The position numbers and the translations under genes were made by a program. The notes under the pieces were generated by a model. That model was not told the DNA's origin. It worked only from the letters and a program-made list of their open reading frames with translations, and searched no databases. This document shows positions 43,359 through 57,214 of a stretch of DNA of 64,000 bases, piece by piece. The stretch lies in the NCBI RefSeq assembly GCF_009914755.1, contig NC_060927.1, one strand, 5' to 3'. Positions within the stretch are counted from its first letter, which is position 1. Each line of letters begins with the position of its first letter. The DNA is from the human T2T-CHM13v2.0 reference genome, Homo sapiens.

Positions 43359-45009
43359 TATTGAGAAAGATTTAGTCTAAAATAAGCTGCCTAATGCAAC
43401 AGGGGTCAGTGATCTCTGTAAGTAGATGAAGTCTGCCCTCTCAATACTGAGCCCTGTGTTGGGAGACACATTCTTGATATCAGCTAAAGGTAAGGAAGTA
43501 CATTTTTCTTTGAGCTTGAGCTCTAACTAAAATGGAACTTACAATTTTAAAAACTTTGGTAGGGACAGAAAAAAACTGGAAAGACAAGGAACTTGGCTTC
43601 TGCCCGGAATTTCACAGTCTCTCTTAAGTGCCAGCAGGATCTGGCTGTCCTCCTTTGTCTTGGGGGAGGGTTGGTAGGAAAGTGACACAGTGTTGAGGCA
43701 AAATCCTTTTCCTGACCCAGAGATAATCCAATCTCACAAAACTGGGCACTACCCTGAACCCTAAGTATTGACAATTAGCTTTGGGGGCGTCACAAGACAT
43801 GATGGTTCATGAGGGACATTGTCAGCTGTGGAAAATGTAAGGCCACTTTATGAAGCCTCACAGACAGTAACTTCCAGAAGTTAGAATAGAGCAGAAGTTC
43901 ATGGGAGACCCTTTTTTGTGAACACGGGTCTTGAACATAGTATGAAGAATAGTTTGAAGAATTGCAACAGGCTGGAGGGCCAGCTCACATTTATTTTGAT
44001 TTAATATTTATAAGAAAAAGAGAAAGCTGATTATAGAACAACTGCCTTTGGGAATGAGGTTCTTCAATTATTTACAAGTGGGGAAACATTTAAAATAAAA
44101 TAATCTAAAGTCATAATTTAGAAAAAAAATTTAAAAAATACTTGGATAGTAAAGAAAACAAATATCAGAGTGAGCTGGAGTTGGTGTCAGTCAGTGTTCC
44201 CCAGAGAAAAAGAATGCCGTGTTTTGCTGAGATAGCCAGAAGAGGATTCGTTTGGGGACTTCTGCTCATGTGGACTAGACATAATCTTTAGAAATCTCTG
44301 CTCAGTAATCTTCATTTATAAAATGCTTTATATTCTTGGCAAAGTGAAATTGAGAACTCAGATTGTTATCTGCTTAGTTTAAATCTCCAATTCCCCTTTG
44401 CCTCAAGTATCTGGATATTTCCTTTTTTACTTAAACTGCCAACGTAATTACTTCAATTTTCTCTTTCATTTTCAGTGTAAAAACGAGCAGTGCTAATCAT
44501 TACATGGAGCTTTAGTCAAAGGCAATGCGGCCCCGATTTCTAGGTTAGTTTTCATCAGGAGCATAGCTGTGTTAGCATTGCCCAGAGCAAAATCCATTAC
44601 TGAATAATCCTGCTGGTTTGACTAATCAACTAACACTAGAAGATCTTGGGAGAGCTGTGGTTTGACAATTTCATGCAACCCTGACTCAAAGTTATATGGG
44701 TCCTGAAGCTATTTCTTCTCCTATATGTAGTTCTCTAACTTATTTATTTATTTTTATAGTAGTGAACAATTGGCTAAACTGAAAAATTACTCTAGAGGAA
44801 ATATGGTTGTGTTTAGCAATTATTTACAACTTGGAAATTAGAACTCATTTATTTAAAAGCTATCGTTTTGCTAATGTATATTTTGTGGCTGATAAAATGA
44901 GATGGCAGAAAATGATGTAGGGTTCTCATTGTAAAGAAAATGGAACCCAATGATTTCTTTTGAATCCTGTAAAGATAAGACATGGGTGCTTCTTCGGTAT
45001 CTCATCTCA

Positions 45010-45218
<209 letters not shown>

Positions 45219-46630
45219 AAAAACTGTAATTCTTTCTACCTTGTCAATGGATATATATTGAGAGTTTCTCTTATTTCACAAATTAATCATCAACATGGAT
45301 GATTCGTGCCTCTAAGACTTGATCAGAAACTCTTTTGAAAGTTACCATGAATATTGTGATTAAACCAGTAGGAGCTATGGTAATTTTTACAAAGATATGC
45401 CAGGCTGAAGAAGTGTGCACACATTTGGCCTTGGATTCACAGCTGGATGTGTAAAGAACTTTGCCTGGTTACCATCGCAGTGGTTTCCAAATCCATGTGG
45501 CCTACTCCCCAAGGATGGTATTTCCACAGACCCATAGGAATTCTCCTCAAACTTGTCTTCCCTAATTTCCATAATTTTCTTCTTTTTTTGATTCCTGAAA
45601 CTTTCAAACTTATAGAAAACTGCAGACAGCAATGTAACAACCACAGAAGTTTTACCATCTTGGATTGACAAATATGCATTTTTTTAATTGTTTCAGATCT
45701 ATAAAAAAATTTGCATGTAAGTTGAAGTCCATTTTGTCCTCCTCTCTACTCTAATTCTTTTAACTATGTGACCAGAGGAATCACTGTCAGTAAGTTGCAT
45801 GCTTTCTTTCCATCCATTTAAAAAATAATTACTACATGTGGATATTTTTCAAACAACAGAGTTTTAATGTTATCATATTTTATACTTCCTTATCACACTA
45901 TATGTTTTCTTTTGCATGCTGATTTTTGAAGTCAACAGCATGTTACTGAAATCTCTTTATTTGGAGACAGATCAGTTTCATGACATCTTTACATTCCTGC
46001 CTTAATAACTTCTGGCTTGAATTATGCTCCAATAATTATTACTTTGTCTATCTTATAAGAAAGTCCTTTTCTCTTCCTCTCTCCTCTTTGGCCTTCAAAA
46101 TTGCCTTGGATCTTTTTGCATCTTACTTTTATTCAAAGCTGATATCATGAGAAAAATTATGTTAAATACTTTGGTTGGATTTCATTGAAGTTGTAGATTA
46201 ATGGGGAAAAATTGCCACATTTTTGATACCGAGGGATTTTTCCATCATCAATCTTGTTTTATTGATCCATTTATTCAAGTCTTCCTGTAATACCTTCAAT
46301 TGAGTCTAGTACTTTCTCTATAAAAGTTCATAATATACAACTTTTGTTAAAGTTATGTGCAGGTATCATAGGTTTTGGCAGCTATGGTAAATGAAATCTT
46401 TTCTAGAAACTAAACTTTCTAATGACATATTGCTGTTGAATACAAATGTTAGTGATTTTTGTTTTTATATTTTATTTACCACTATTGACAGAGTGTCAGG
46501 TTTGTATTATAACCCTTTGGCTGTGGATCCCCTCAGATCAGTTCAGGGCACCCAAAAGTCACAACGAGGCCCTGGAGCCAAACGCTTTCATTCAAAGTAC
46601 GCTTTATTTTTCTCAGCAACATCCTTGGAA

Positions 46631-46922
<292 letters not shown>

Positions 46923-49461
46923 CGAATTTTTTATTTAATCACATTTTATTATTTTTATCTCTTACATGAAGGTTTCTCCAAAGGGCTTTTTGGAGTGCTA
47001 CTAAATAGTATTAGTCACTCAGGAAAGTATTTTGTGTCATGGGGAACTTCTGGAAGTGTTATTAGCCCAGGGCTAGTTCTGAAAGTCAAACTCTGCCTGG
47101 CAGAAGTAGGTGAATGACAGCGATCAGAGGACATTGATTTTTGCCAGCTCTTACATGAGTCATAAATGTGATGATATTTGTGGATGCATTTGGCAAATAC
47201 ATATATGTTGATTGTTATTATGTTTTTCATCAAACTTACCTTATGTTTTAAAATTTGCTTTCAGAGGTGGGTATTAATATACCATGAGCCAATGAGGATG
47301 AGTTACATGCTGCAAATGTTGTCCCTTAGCACCCATCCCAAGCCAAGTGATGTTGACAGGGATGAGGAGTTCCATAGGGAAACAGTCCATGCACTTGGGT
47401 CACTTAAGGTACTAAGATTAGCCATCTGTCTCTTCTAATGGGGAAAGCAATGTTGGAATAGAGGGCAAGCACATATGGCCAGGGTCGGACTTCTCAGCCC
47501 ACATTTGCTGAGGGAACAGATGAAGCAACAAAGTTGGGAAGTAACAGACTGGGCCATTAGGTGCCCAGTAGTGATGCTGGTGAGTGCTTGACTCAGTGTG
47601 TAATGTTTTATTTGATGCCTACATAATGGTGACTCTTGTTCCCTCATTTTAATCTCTTCAGGTTGATAGGACATGGGCAAATACTAAAAGGCTGGTTGTC
47701 TTTATATACGTTTATCTAGAGGTAGTCACTTACAAATCACCCATTTTTTTCAGTTTGTAAGATAAATTTTACAAGTTGTTAAAACTGACATTGCCTTTCC
47801 CACAGATTGTCAAAGAACAGTTATGGTTACATTAAAGTTCCGAATTTCCTGACCTCCTTGAGAGATAAAGGAACTGTAAATAAATTACACCGAATTTCTC
47901 TTAAAAGCCTTATCTTAGGGGATTAGTAACAATATCACATTTTTCAGAAGCCTCAGGGCAATAAAATCTCCTTAGTGTAATTGAAATCTAAGTACTTATC
48001 TACTAGAGAATTATATATTTCAACAGCTTTTAAAAAATTATGTTCCACTCTTAAAAGAAATCTGAATTTTAAAATTTACATTAAATCTTTTTATTCTAAG
48101 GCAAAGACAAAAGGCAAAAACTACATACAGTTTAATTTGATCTCATAATTTTTTTGCAAATTAGATTTTTTAAGAAAAATTATGAATTATAATTGAATCA
48201 TCTAGCTTTTCCTATTATATAAGTGATATTTTAATCTATATGTAATAGGGGAAAACTAAGAAGAAGGGAATACTTACCATAGGTAGATACTTTTTATATC
48301 TAGTACGTATTGTAATAACCTCACAAAGTAGATGATATTTTCCTAATTTACTTAGAAAAATTTGAGTCATATTTTATTTGAATATATTGGAGGTGTAATA
48401 TGCCTTCCAAGTTTTATTAATTAGTTAGTTAACATTTTGGAGTCATCGTTCTTTTAATGTTTTAATTGTTTCCCTTGACTAAGTTCTCATTCACCACTTG
48501 GGACGTGAGAGAAATGGAGGGAATAAAGAACTCTAGTTTACAGAGTTGATCAAAGTTCCTTGTATATTAATAGGTGTGGGTTAGTGTGTGTGAGTGAGAG
48601 ATAAAAGTTGAAGAGCTGAACATTGATTACAGGGAAATTCGTTAGCATTAATAGAGTTTTATAGATATTGTACCATTAATAGACAGCTGAGTAAACTAAT
48701 AACAACTTGACTTAGCTGTTTAGTAAAATTTTAATTATTATAGATAACATTAATTTGTGTTAGATTACTTGATTGTTAGTTTCATGTCATTTTAAAGTAC
48801 GCATTTTTGTATTGGTTAGAATTATAGTCCATTGCAAGTAAAAGAGATGCAAAGTAGCAATAACTTAAATAAAATAGAAGTTCCATGTAAATGTCTCAGG
48901 CAGACATGCATTTCTGCCCCATGAAGCCCTCAGTGACAAATGTTCCTTTAGGCTCATTGCTCTACCATCTCCGGCCTGTAGCCCTTGTGTTATGGTTCAA
49001 AATGTAGAAAGATCCACAGAGTCAAAGGGTATATACCATTAATAGTTCAAGGAAGGTTCCTGGAAGCTGCCACAGGACATTTTCATATTGCACTTAGTGA
49101 TATAGTCACCTTACTGGCAAGGATGTTTGGGAAATGCAGTCTTTATTGTGAGTGTCCTTGTGCCCAGCTATCAACAGAGGCTCTGTTTTACACCTATGTT
49201 ACTCACATAGTGTCATCATTTACTCATGGCTGTAAAATGTTATGCACATTGATTCAGGTACAAGGATGTTTATCGCTGTATGGTTTTTAATAACAAAGTA
49301 TTAGATAACACATGTTCCCAAATACAGAATTCGTAGATAGATCAGGATTTTTTCTGTGATATAGTAATATGTAGACATTGAAAAATCAGTTATAAAAACT
49401 TTTAGCAAATAAGAAAATGTTTATGCTATAGTATGAAAAGAAAAAAGCAGGATAAACAACT

Positions 49462-51286
49462 TGATATGGGTTTGTTCTCTGTCCTCACATAAATCTCATC
49501 TTGAATTGTAATCCCCAGGTATTGAGGGAGGGACCTGGTGGGAGGTGATTGGATCATGGGGACAGTTTCCCCAGGCTGTTGTCATGATAGTGAGTGAGTT
49601 CTCATGAGAGCTGATGGCTTCGAAAGTATTTGGCAGTTGCCCCTTCTCTCTCTCTCTCTCTCTCTCTCCAGCCTCCTCGTGAAGAAGGTGTTTGATTCTC
49701 CTTCACCTTCCGGCATGATTGTAAGTTTCCTGAGGCCTCCCCAGCCATGCAGTGCTGTGAGTCAATTAAACCTCTTTTTTAAATAAATTACCCTAGCCTG
49801 GCTTATTCTGAAAGTGTCCAGTTATATGTGTTCACAAAGATGTGGTTTGAAATTGGAACTTATGTTTGAAAGGGAGGTAGATCATAAAGGTTTGGAAAAT
49901 TTGCAGCCTGACTGTGGTAGAAAAAAAAACAATTTTTCGGAAAGAAATTCAAACTGACTGCATAAATTTGCATAAATAATCAGGAGTTGAATGTTAATAA
50001 CCAAGACAATGGGGAAACTGTCTCCAGGGCATATCAGAGAACTTCGAGGCAGCCCCTCCCATCACAGGCCTGGAGGCCTAAGAGGGAAAAATGGCTTCTG
50101 GGCACTGACCAGGGCCCAGCTTCTCTGTGCAGTTTTGGGATTTGGTGCCCTGCATCCCAGGTGCTCCAGCGCCAGTCGTGGCTAAAATGGGACAAGGCAT
50201 ATCTTCGGACCTTGCCTCAGAGGGTGAAAGCCTCAAGCCTTTGTGGCTTCCATGTGGTGTCGGGCCTTTGGGAGTGCAGAAGACAAGAGTTGAGTTTTGG
50301 GGACCTCTACCTAGATTTCAGAGAATGTATGGAAACACCTGGATGTCCAAGCAGAAGACTGCTGCCATAGTGGAGCTGTGAGAGGAGGGCCACCATCCTC
50401 CAGACCTCATAATGGTAGCACTGTGCACCTCAGAATGGTAGCACCGTGCACCTCAGAATGGGAGCATCACCATCCTCCAGATCTCAGAATGGTAGCCACA
50501 GACACTCAATGCCAGCCTGTGAAAGCAGTTTTGGGGGCTGTACCCTGCAGAGATACAGGGGAAGAGATGTCCAAGGCCTTGGGAGCCCACCTCTTGCATT
50601 GGTGTGACCTGGATGTCAGACATGAAGTAAAAGGAGATTATTTTGGAGCTTTAAGATTTAATGACTGCCCTGCTGGGTTTTGGACTTGCATTGGTCCCGT
50701 GGTCCCTCTGTTTTGGCCAATTTCTCCCATTTGGAAGGGGAACACTTATCCAAAGCCTGTTCTCCCATTGTGTCTTGGAAGTAACTAACTTGCTTTTGAT
50801 TTTACAGGTTCATAGGTGAAAGGATCTTACCTTGTCTCAGATGAGACTTTGGACTTGGATGTTTGGGTTAATACTAGAATAAGTTAAGACTTTGGAGGAC
50901 TGTTGGGAAGGCATGATTGGTTTTGAAATGTGAGAAGGACATGAGATTTGGGAGGGGCCAGTGGCAGTATGTTATGGCTTGGCTTTGTATCCCCACCCGA
51001 ATTTCATCTGGAATTGTAATCCCCAGGTATTGAGGGAGGGACCTGGTGGTGATTGGATCATGGGGACAGTTTCCCTATGCTGTTGTCATGATGGTGAGTG
51101 AGTTCTCATGAGAGCTGCTGGTTTTTAAAGTGTTTGGCAGTTCCCCTTTCTCTCTCTCTCTCTCTCCTGCCACCTTGTGAAGAAAGTGTTTGCTTCTCCT
51201 TCACCTTCCTCCATGATTGTAAGTTTCTTGAGGCATCCCCAGCCTTGTGGAACTGTGAGTCAATTAAACCCCTTTTGTTTCTTAAA
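49462..51286 (+). mobile_element. MaLR provirus (THE1D/MSTA-like): LTR 49462-~49792, deleted internal region, LTR 50970-~51286
   Basis: Two similar LTRs sharing ccccaggtattgagggagggacctgg, THE1/MST-int text between them, a polypurine tract before the second LTR, and caact on both flanks. Confidence 0.88.
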
Positions 51287-52624
51287 CAACTATATATATA
51301 ATATGAGTACACACAGAAAAAAGACAGGAAGGAAGTTGATAAAAATATAGACTATGAACAGTAAGGAAAAAGAATTGGTTTTAATACTAGTCCTCTTATG
51401 ATACTATCTATAATGCTATCTTTTTATGAGAAAATATTTAGGTAATTTAAATCAGAACAGTTTTAGTTGTCTGATAATTGATAAGCAGAATAAAGTGTTT
51501 TATCTATACTGTTGAGATAATTACATCAATTTTCAACTTCATTTAGTTTTGCCTACTGAAAAAAATTATTTTTACCTAATCTAATGAGCACATACAGCAA
51601 GAAAATAAATTTCCAAATCTCTTTTGAGATATAGTGAAAACACAATGGCTTTGTTTATTCCTAACCAGTTCTAACATTTTACTCAATGTGAAAATGTTCT
51701 GCAACAAGCTTCAGATTATACAATAGCAGCATATTAAGCAGATTTGGGGAGCTGTGGCTCCTACTGACAGCAATGAATGAGCTATCTGACTCATTGTTTT
51801 TCATTTGTGCATTTGTTTTTCCCACATCACTAGCATTTGTTATGGTCACACTGCCAAGCTCACACAGAAAATGAGTTTATGCTTTGGGAAATGGTTGAAA
51901 AGCAGCATCATCTTCATTATGTCAACAATGAAAATTATGTTTGTCCATGCTTTCTGGAGCTGATGGCTAGAATGTTTGAAAACAACATCCAGGCATTTTC
52001 TCACTCATCCAGAAAAAAAATCCATGCCAGTGTTATTGTTTTTTATTTTACAAATAATTTGTTTTCCCCTTGCCCTTTAGAGCTGAGAAAAGCTGCATGT
52101 AATGAATGCTATTTGTACATAAAGGCAATTTCCAGAATGAGTACAACACCACTGCCTGACGATTTTTGAGAGAAATGGCATGTGGAAAAGATACAGCAAC
52201 TCTTCAGATTGTCCCCTTCAGTTGAACACTACCCATTTTTTGGAAGTAAATGACGAACTCTTTTTTATGCATTTCCACCTTACCCCATCTCCCCATGAGA
52301 ACAGTGATAATTGCTTTGTCGACTCTCAGATGTTTCCTTCATTACCTATTAAATATCTTAGAATGGGTGGCCATGACTCCATTATGAAAATGTCTATAAT
52401 ATAACTGCATTGTAATATAACTGTAATTCCTGCATGTCGGGAGAAAGGCTACAGCAGCTTTCCTTCATTGACTCTATTCATGTCAGGGTTTTTCCTCAAA
52501 ATGGCAACCAGTAAAAGTAATTTTATACATACCCAGGGGATTTAAAATAGTGCTTTGAAGACTGTGTGGTTTTCTGATGTCAACTCTACAGTTCAAAAGG
52601 GATCACATTTTTTTCTCAGCTTAA

Positions 52625-52966
<342 letters not shown>

Positions 52967-53742
52967 TTAACGAGTAACAGAGCCAAGGATAGCACATTAA
53001 TGTGTTTATCCTTTGCTCTTTAATCAAAATCACTTCTCCCAATATGTAAACTCTGGGCTAACTCTAGATGGAAGGCAGGAAGCACAGGATAATGCGCTGT
53101 TTTAAATGTAAATGGAAGATAAGATGTTGAGACTAAATTTTAAAAGCCACACCAAGCTATATTCATTCTACCCTCACATTTAAATAATTCTCACATTAAA
53201 TAATTGTTCCAAAGGAACTGTCAGAATGAAACAGTCAGTCATAGCTTTTCCTAGCTGAATGTTGACAACTCTAAACATCCAAGACTTGCTGTGAAGCTAT
53301 GAAAACTATTTTTTAAAAATTTGCAAAACATGAGCAAAGTCTTATTTCTTTTTGATTATTGGCAGAAAAATCAACAAATTCTACAATATTGATTAGGTGA
53401 AGCTTTCTATATTATGTTTATTTTGCAGGGTTACCTCAAATAATCTAAAAATTATAGGACCTATGCACACACTGCATTTGTATGCATTATTATTTTTAAC
53501 TTTTAGTTATCATCTATATCCATGCTTTTTAGCTTAGGGAAAATGTGGAACTCACTATGAAATGCATAAGCTCTGCAAATCAGTACTTCGTCTCCTAGAG
53601 GCCTTGTTATACTTGAAGTCAAGGAATTCAGCACTTCGCTCAAAGAACATATTGCTCATTCCTAAAAGCTAATATTGTGTCATGGTGAATATGGGTCTAG
53701 GGTAAAGAGGAATAAATTGGAAACTTGTAATAACTCTAGAAC

Positions 53743-53918
53743 CATAGTCTTCAGAGCATTGTCCCCTGACCAGTACAAGAAGTATTACTTGGGAACTTGC
53801 TGGAAATGCACTTCCTCAGGACCAAGTTCAGACCTTCTCAATCAGAAACAGGGGGTAGAACCCCATATTTTCTGTTTAACAAGCCCTCCACTTGATCCTA
53901 AAGTTTGAGAACCACTGT
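53743..53918. mobile_element. MER5A MITE
   Basis: cttgggaacttgctggaaatgca...ctgtttaacaagccctcc...aagtttgagaaccactg. Confidence 0.75.
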
Positions 53919-54209
53919 TCTAGAATAAAGTTGAAGTCAATTCCAGAAAGCTAAAAAGAGATCATCATAGATATGTGGCAGCATTTGTATATCCTCAAAT
54001 ACAAAGAAGTATACACACCATGCAATGTCTACAACTGTGTTTTTTCCTCATAGCTCCTTGTTCATTCTTGGGAGGCATTAATATATATGTTCCATTAAAA
54101 GGGGTGAACTTTTCAAACTGAGAAAGACTGTTCTTTGGTGAAAAATACACTTACCTGAATTCCTCTGCATATTACTTCCACAGATTATTATATATAATGA
54201 AAAAAACAT

Positions 54210-54710
54210 GATCTGGTGTGGAATTGGACCTGATATGAACCACAATTCTGTCATTTGTTAGTTGAATGACCTTGAGGAAGTCATTTAGCCTCTAAGCTTC
54301 AGCTTCCTTATCTATGAAGTAAGATTCTCATAACAATTTTTAGGGTTAACTTGAGAACTAGGGATAATCTATGTAAAGCAGCTAGCTGAAGGCCAGGCAC
54401 ATGGTAGATATTAGACCTCCCGACTTGCCGGGCTTCCCCTTGCTATTCCAACGGCTGCTCTTTGCCATCGCTGTGACTTCTGACTTTTAAATTTGATTCT
54501 ACCTGGAGTAGTGGGAGCTAAGAGCATGGGCTGTGGTGTCAGCCTATCTGAGTGTATTCCAGCTCTAAAACACAACCTGTGGTTTCCTCATGTGTATAAT
54601 GTAAAAAATACTACTACCCACTTTCATAAGTTCTTCTAAGGAATAAATTAGCATAAGATGCTTATCAAATGACTGACATATAGTAAGCATGTAATTAATG
54701 TTAACTGTGA
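54210..54710. mobile_element. Two MIR SINE remnants
   Basis: gaccttgaggaagtcatttagcctct...cagcttccttatctatgaa and ggtttcctcatgtgtataatg cores. Confidence 0.6.
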
Positions 54711-54859
54711 CTATCATCTTCATTCATCAAGTTGGTATGACTTCACATCTCTACCTTACTCTGCTTGTACCTTAAAACATAATACTTTAGTGGAAAAAAG
54801 ACATCCATTACTTCATTCATTTAGCAAATAAATATTTTCAAGAATCTACCACGTGAGAG

Positions 54860-55893
54860 TGTGTCTGAAATTGGTGGGTTCTTGGTCTCACTGACTTCAA
54901 AAATGAAGCCGCAGACCCTCGTGGTGAGTGTTACAGTTCTTAAAGATCGTGTGTCCAGAGTTTGTTCTTTCTGAGGTTGGGACGTATTCGGAGTTTCTTC
55001 CTTCTGGTGGGTTCATGGTCTTGCTGGCTTCAGGAGTGAAGCTGCAGACCTTCGAGGTGAGTGTTACAGCTCATAAAAGCAGGTGATGCAGACCCAAAGA
55101 GTGAGCAACAGCAATATTTACTGCAAAGAGTGAAAGAACAAAGCTTCCACAACAGGGAAGGGGACCCCAGAGAGTTGCCACTGCTGGCTCCGGCAGCCTG
55201 CTTTTATTCCCTTATCTGACCCCACCCACATCCTGCTGATTGGTCCATTTTACAGAGAGCTGATTGGCCCATTTTACAGAGAGCCGATTGGTCCATTTTT
55301 GACAGAGTGCTGATTGGCGCGTTTACAATCCCTGAGCTAGACACAGAGTCCTGATTGGTGTATTTACAATCCTCTAGCTAGAAGTAAAAGTTCTCCAAGT
55401 CCCCACTAGATTAACTAGACACAGAGCACTGACTGGTGTGTTTACAAACCTTGAGCTAGACACCAGGTGCTGATTGGTGCGTTTACAAACCTTGAGCTAG
55501 AAACAGGGTGCTGATTGGTGTATTTACAATCCTTTAGCTAGACATAAAGGTTCTCCAAGTCCCCACCAGATTAGCTAGATACAGGGTGCTTATTGGTGCA
55601 TCCACAAACCCCGAGCTAGACAGAGTGCTGATTGGTGCATATACAATCTTCTGGCTAGACATAAATGTTCTCCAAGTCCCCACCCAACTCAGGAGCCCAG
55701 CTGGCTTCACCTAGTGGATCCTGAGCCAGGGCCATGGGCGGAGCTGCCTGCCAGTTCCACGCTGGGTGCCTGCACTCCTCAGCCTTTGGGCGGTCGATGG
55801 GACTGGGTGCCATGGAGCAGGGGGCGGCATCTGTTGGGGAGGCTTGGGCAGCGCGGGAGCCCACCTCTGGGGGCTCAGGCATGGTGGGCTGCA
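54860..55893 (-). mobile_element. LTR12 (ERV9/HERV9) solo LTR, 5'-truncated
   Basis: Characteristic ttggtgggttcttggtctcactgacttcaa end, tandem gagctagacacagagtgctgattggt repeats, GC-rich U3 part; agag on both flanks. Confidence 0.93.
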
Positions 55894-56211
55894 AGAGGAC
55901 TTGAGCACAGACAGACCCTTTACCTAGTACTATTGAAGCACAGATTTGCATTTATTACTTTGTACTTCTTCAAGTTAGTTTCCTAATCTGTAAAATGGGG
56001 ATAATAATAATTATCTTGGTATCTATGTTAGATCATTGTGAATAAAATGAGGTAATGAATGTGACTCCAAAAACTGAAATAAAAAGCTCCAAGGCCATGT
56101 GCAGATAATTGAACCATCAACACCTCCCCAGATTATACAACATGAAGGCAGAGAAAGATAGCTAAAGCGGCTCATTTCAAATCAGATTCCTCAGTTTGCT
56201 ATTTGCATTTT

Positions 56212-56716
56212 CTATTTTATTTTGTTGTTTTATTTCAGATTCATGGTATACATGTGAAGATTTGTTACATGGCTATATTTCCTAATGCTGGAGTTTGGGC
56301 TTCTAGTGAACCCATTACCAAAATAATAAACACTGTACCCAACAGGCAATTTTTCAACCCTCATTCCCATTCTAGCTTCCCTCCTTTTGAAGTCCTCAGT
56401 GTCTATAATTTCCATCTTTATGTCCATATGTACCCATTGTTTAACTCTCACTTATAAGTGAGAACATGCTGTATTTGAGTATCTGTTTTTGACTTACTTC
56501 TTTAGGGTAATTTCTTCCAGTTCCAACTATTTTGATGCACATGACACAGTTTTATTCTTTTTTACAGCTGCATAGTGTTCCATGGTGTATATGCACCACA
56601 TTTTCTTTCTCCAGTGGACACATTGTTGACACCATGACTTTGCTATTGTAAATAGTGCTCCAATAAACATACTTATGAACAGCAAAATAAACAATCAATA
56701 ACGTAAGCAGACAACT
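56212..56716 (-). mobile_element. Old primate L1 (L1PA16/L1PB-like) 3' end with short 5' inversion
   Basis: L1 3' UTR and ORF2 end on the minus strand, ~40 nt of sense-strand ORF2 at 56677-56716, 12-bp TSD tatttgcatttt. Confidence 0.82.
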
Positions 56717-56852
56717 TATTTGCATTTTTTGGCAGCCTTGGTGGTCTTGGTAGAATGAGATGAGGGGGAAAAGCAAATGATTTACTGCTGTAAATATGTT
56801 CTATATTACTAAGTTTATTTTTTGGAACGAGCATTTATATGCCACCAAGATT

Positions 56853-57214
56853 TCCATGATCTGAATGTTTGTGTCTCCCTCCCTCAAGTTTATATGTTGA
56901 AACCTAATCTCCAAAGTGATAGTATTAAGAGGTAGGGCTTTTAGGAGGTGATGGGGTCATTAGGGCAAAGCCCTCATGAATGGGATTAGCGTCTTTATAA
57001 AAGAGGCTTAAGGGAGCTTTTTGCCCCTTCCACCAAGTGAAGAGACAGCCAGAAGGCATGGTCTATAAGGAAATGGGACCTCACCAGACACTGAATCTGC
57101 AGGTGCCTTGTTCTTGGACTTTCTAGCCTGCAGAACTGTGAAAATAAATTTCTGTTGTTTATAAGCCACCCAGTTTATGACATTTTTATTATAGACGTCT
57201 GAATGGACTAAAAT
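56853..57214 (+). mobile_element. MaLR solo LTR (MLT1A-like)
   Basis: ctgaatgtttgtgtctccc...tatgttgaaacctaatc...gaactgtgaaaataaatttctgttgtttataagccacccagt. Confidence 0.85.

Noticed and set aside
49987-50788. 127-aa and 136-aa ORFs
   Set aside because: Fragments of decayed MaLR internal sequence with frameshifts and non-ATG starts.
55655-55986. GC-rich ORFs and a possible CpG island
   Set aside because: Explained by the LTR12 U3 region; CpGs are largely decayed.
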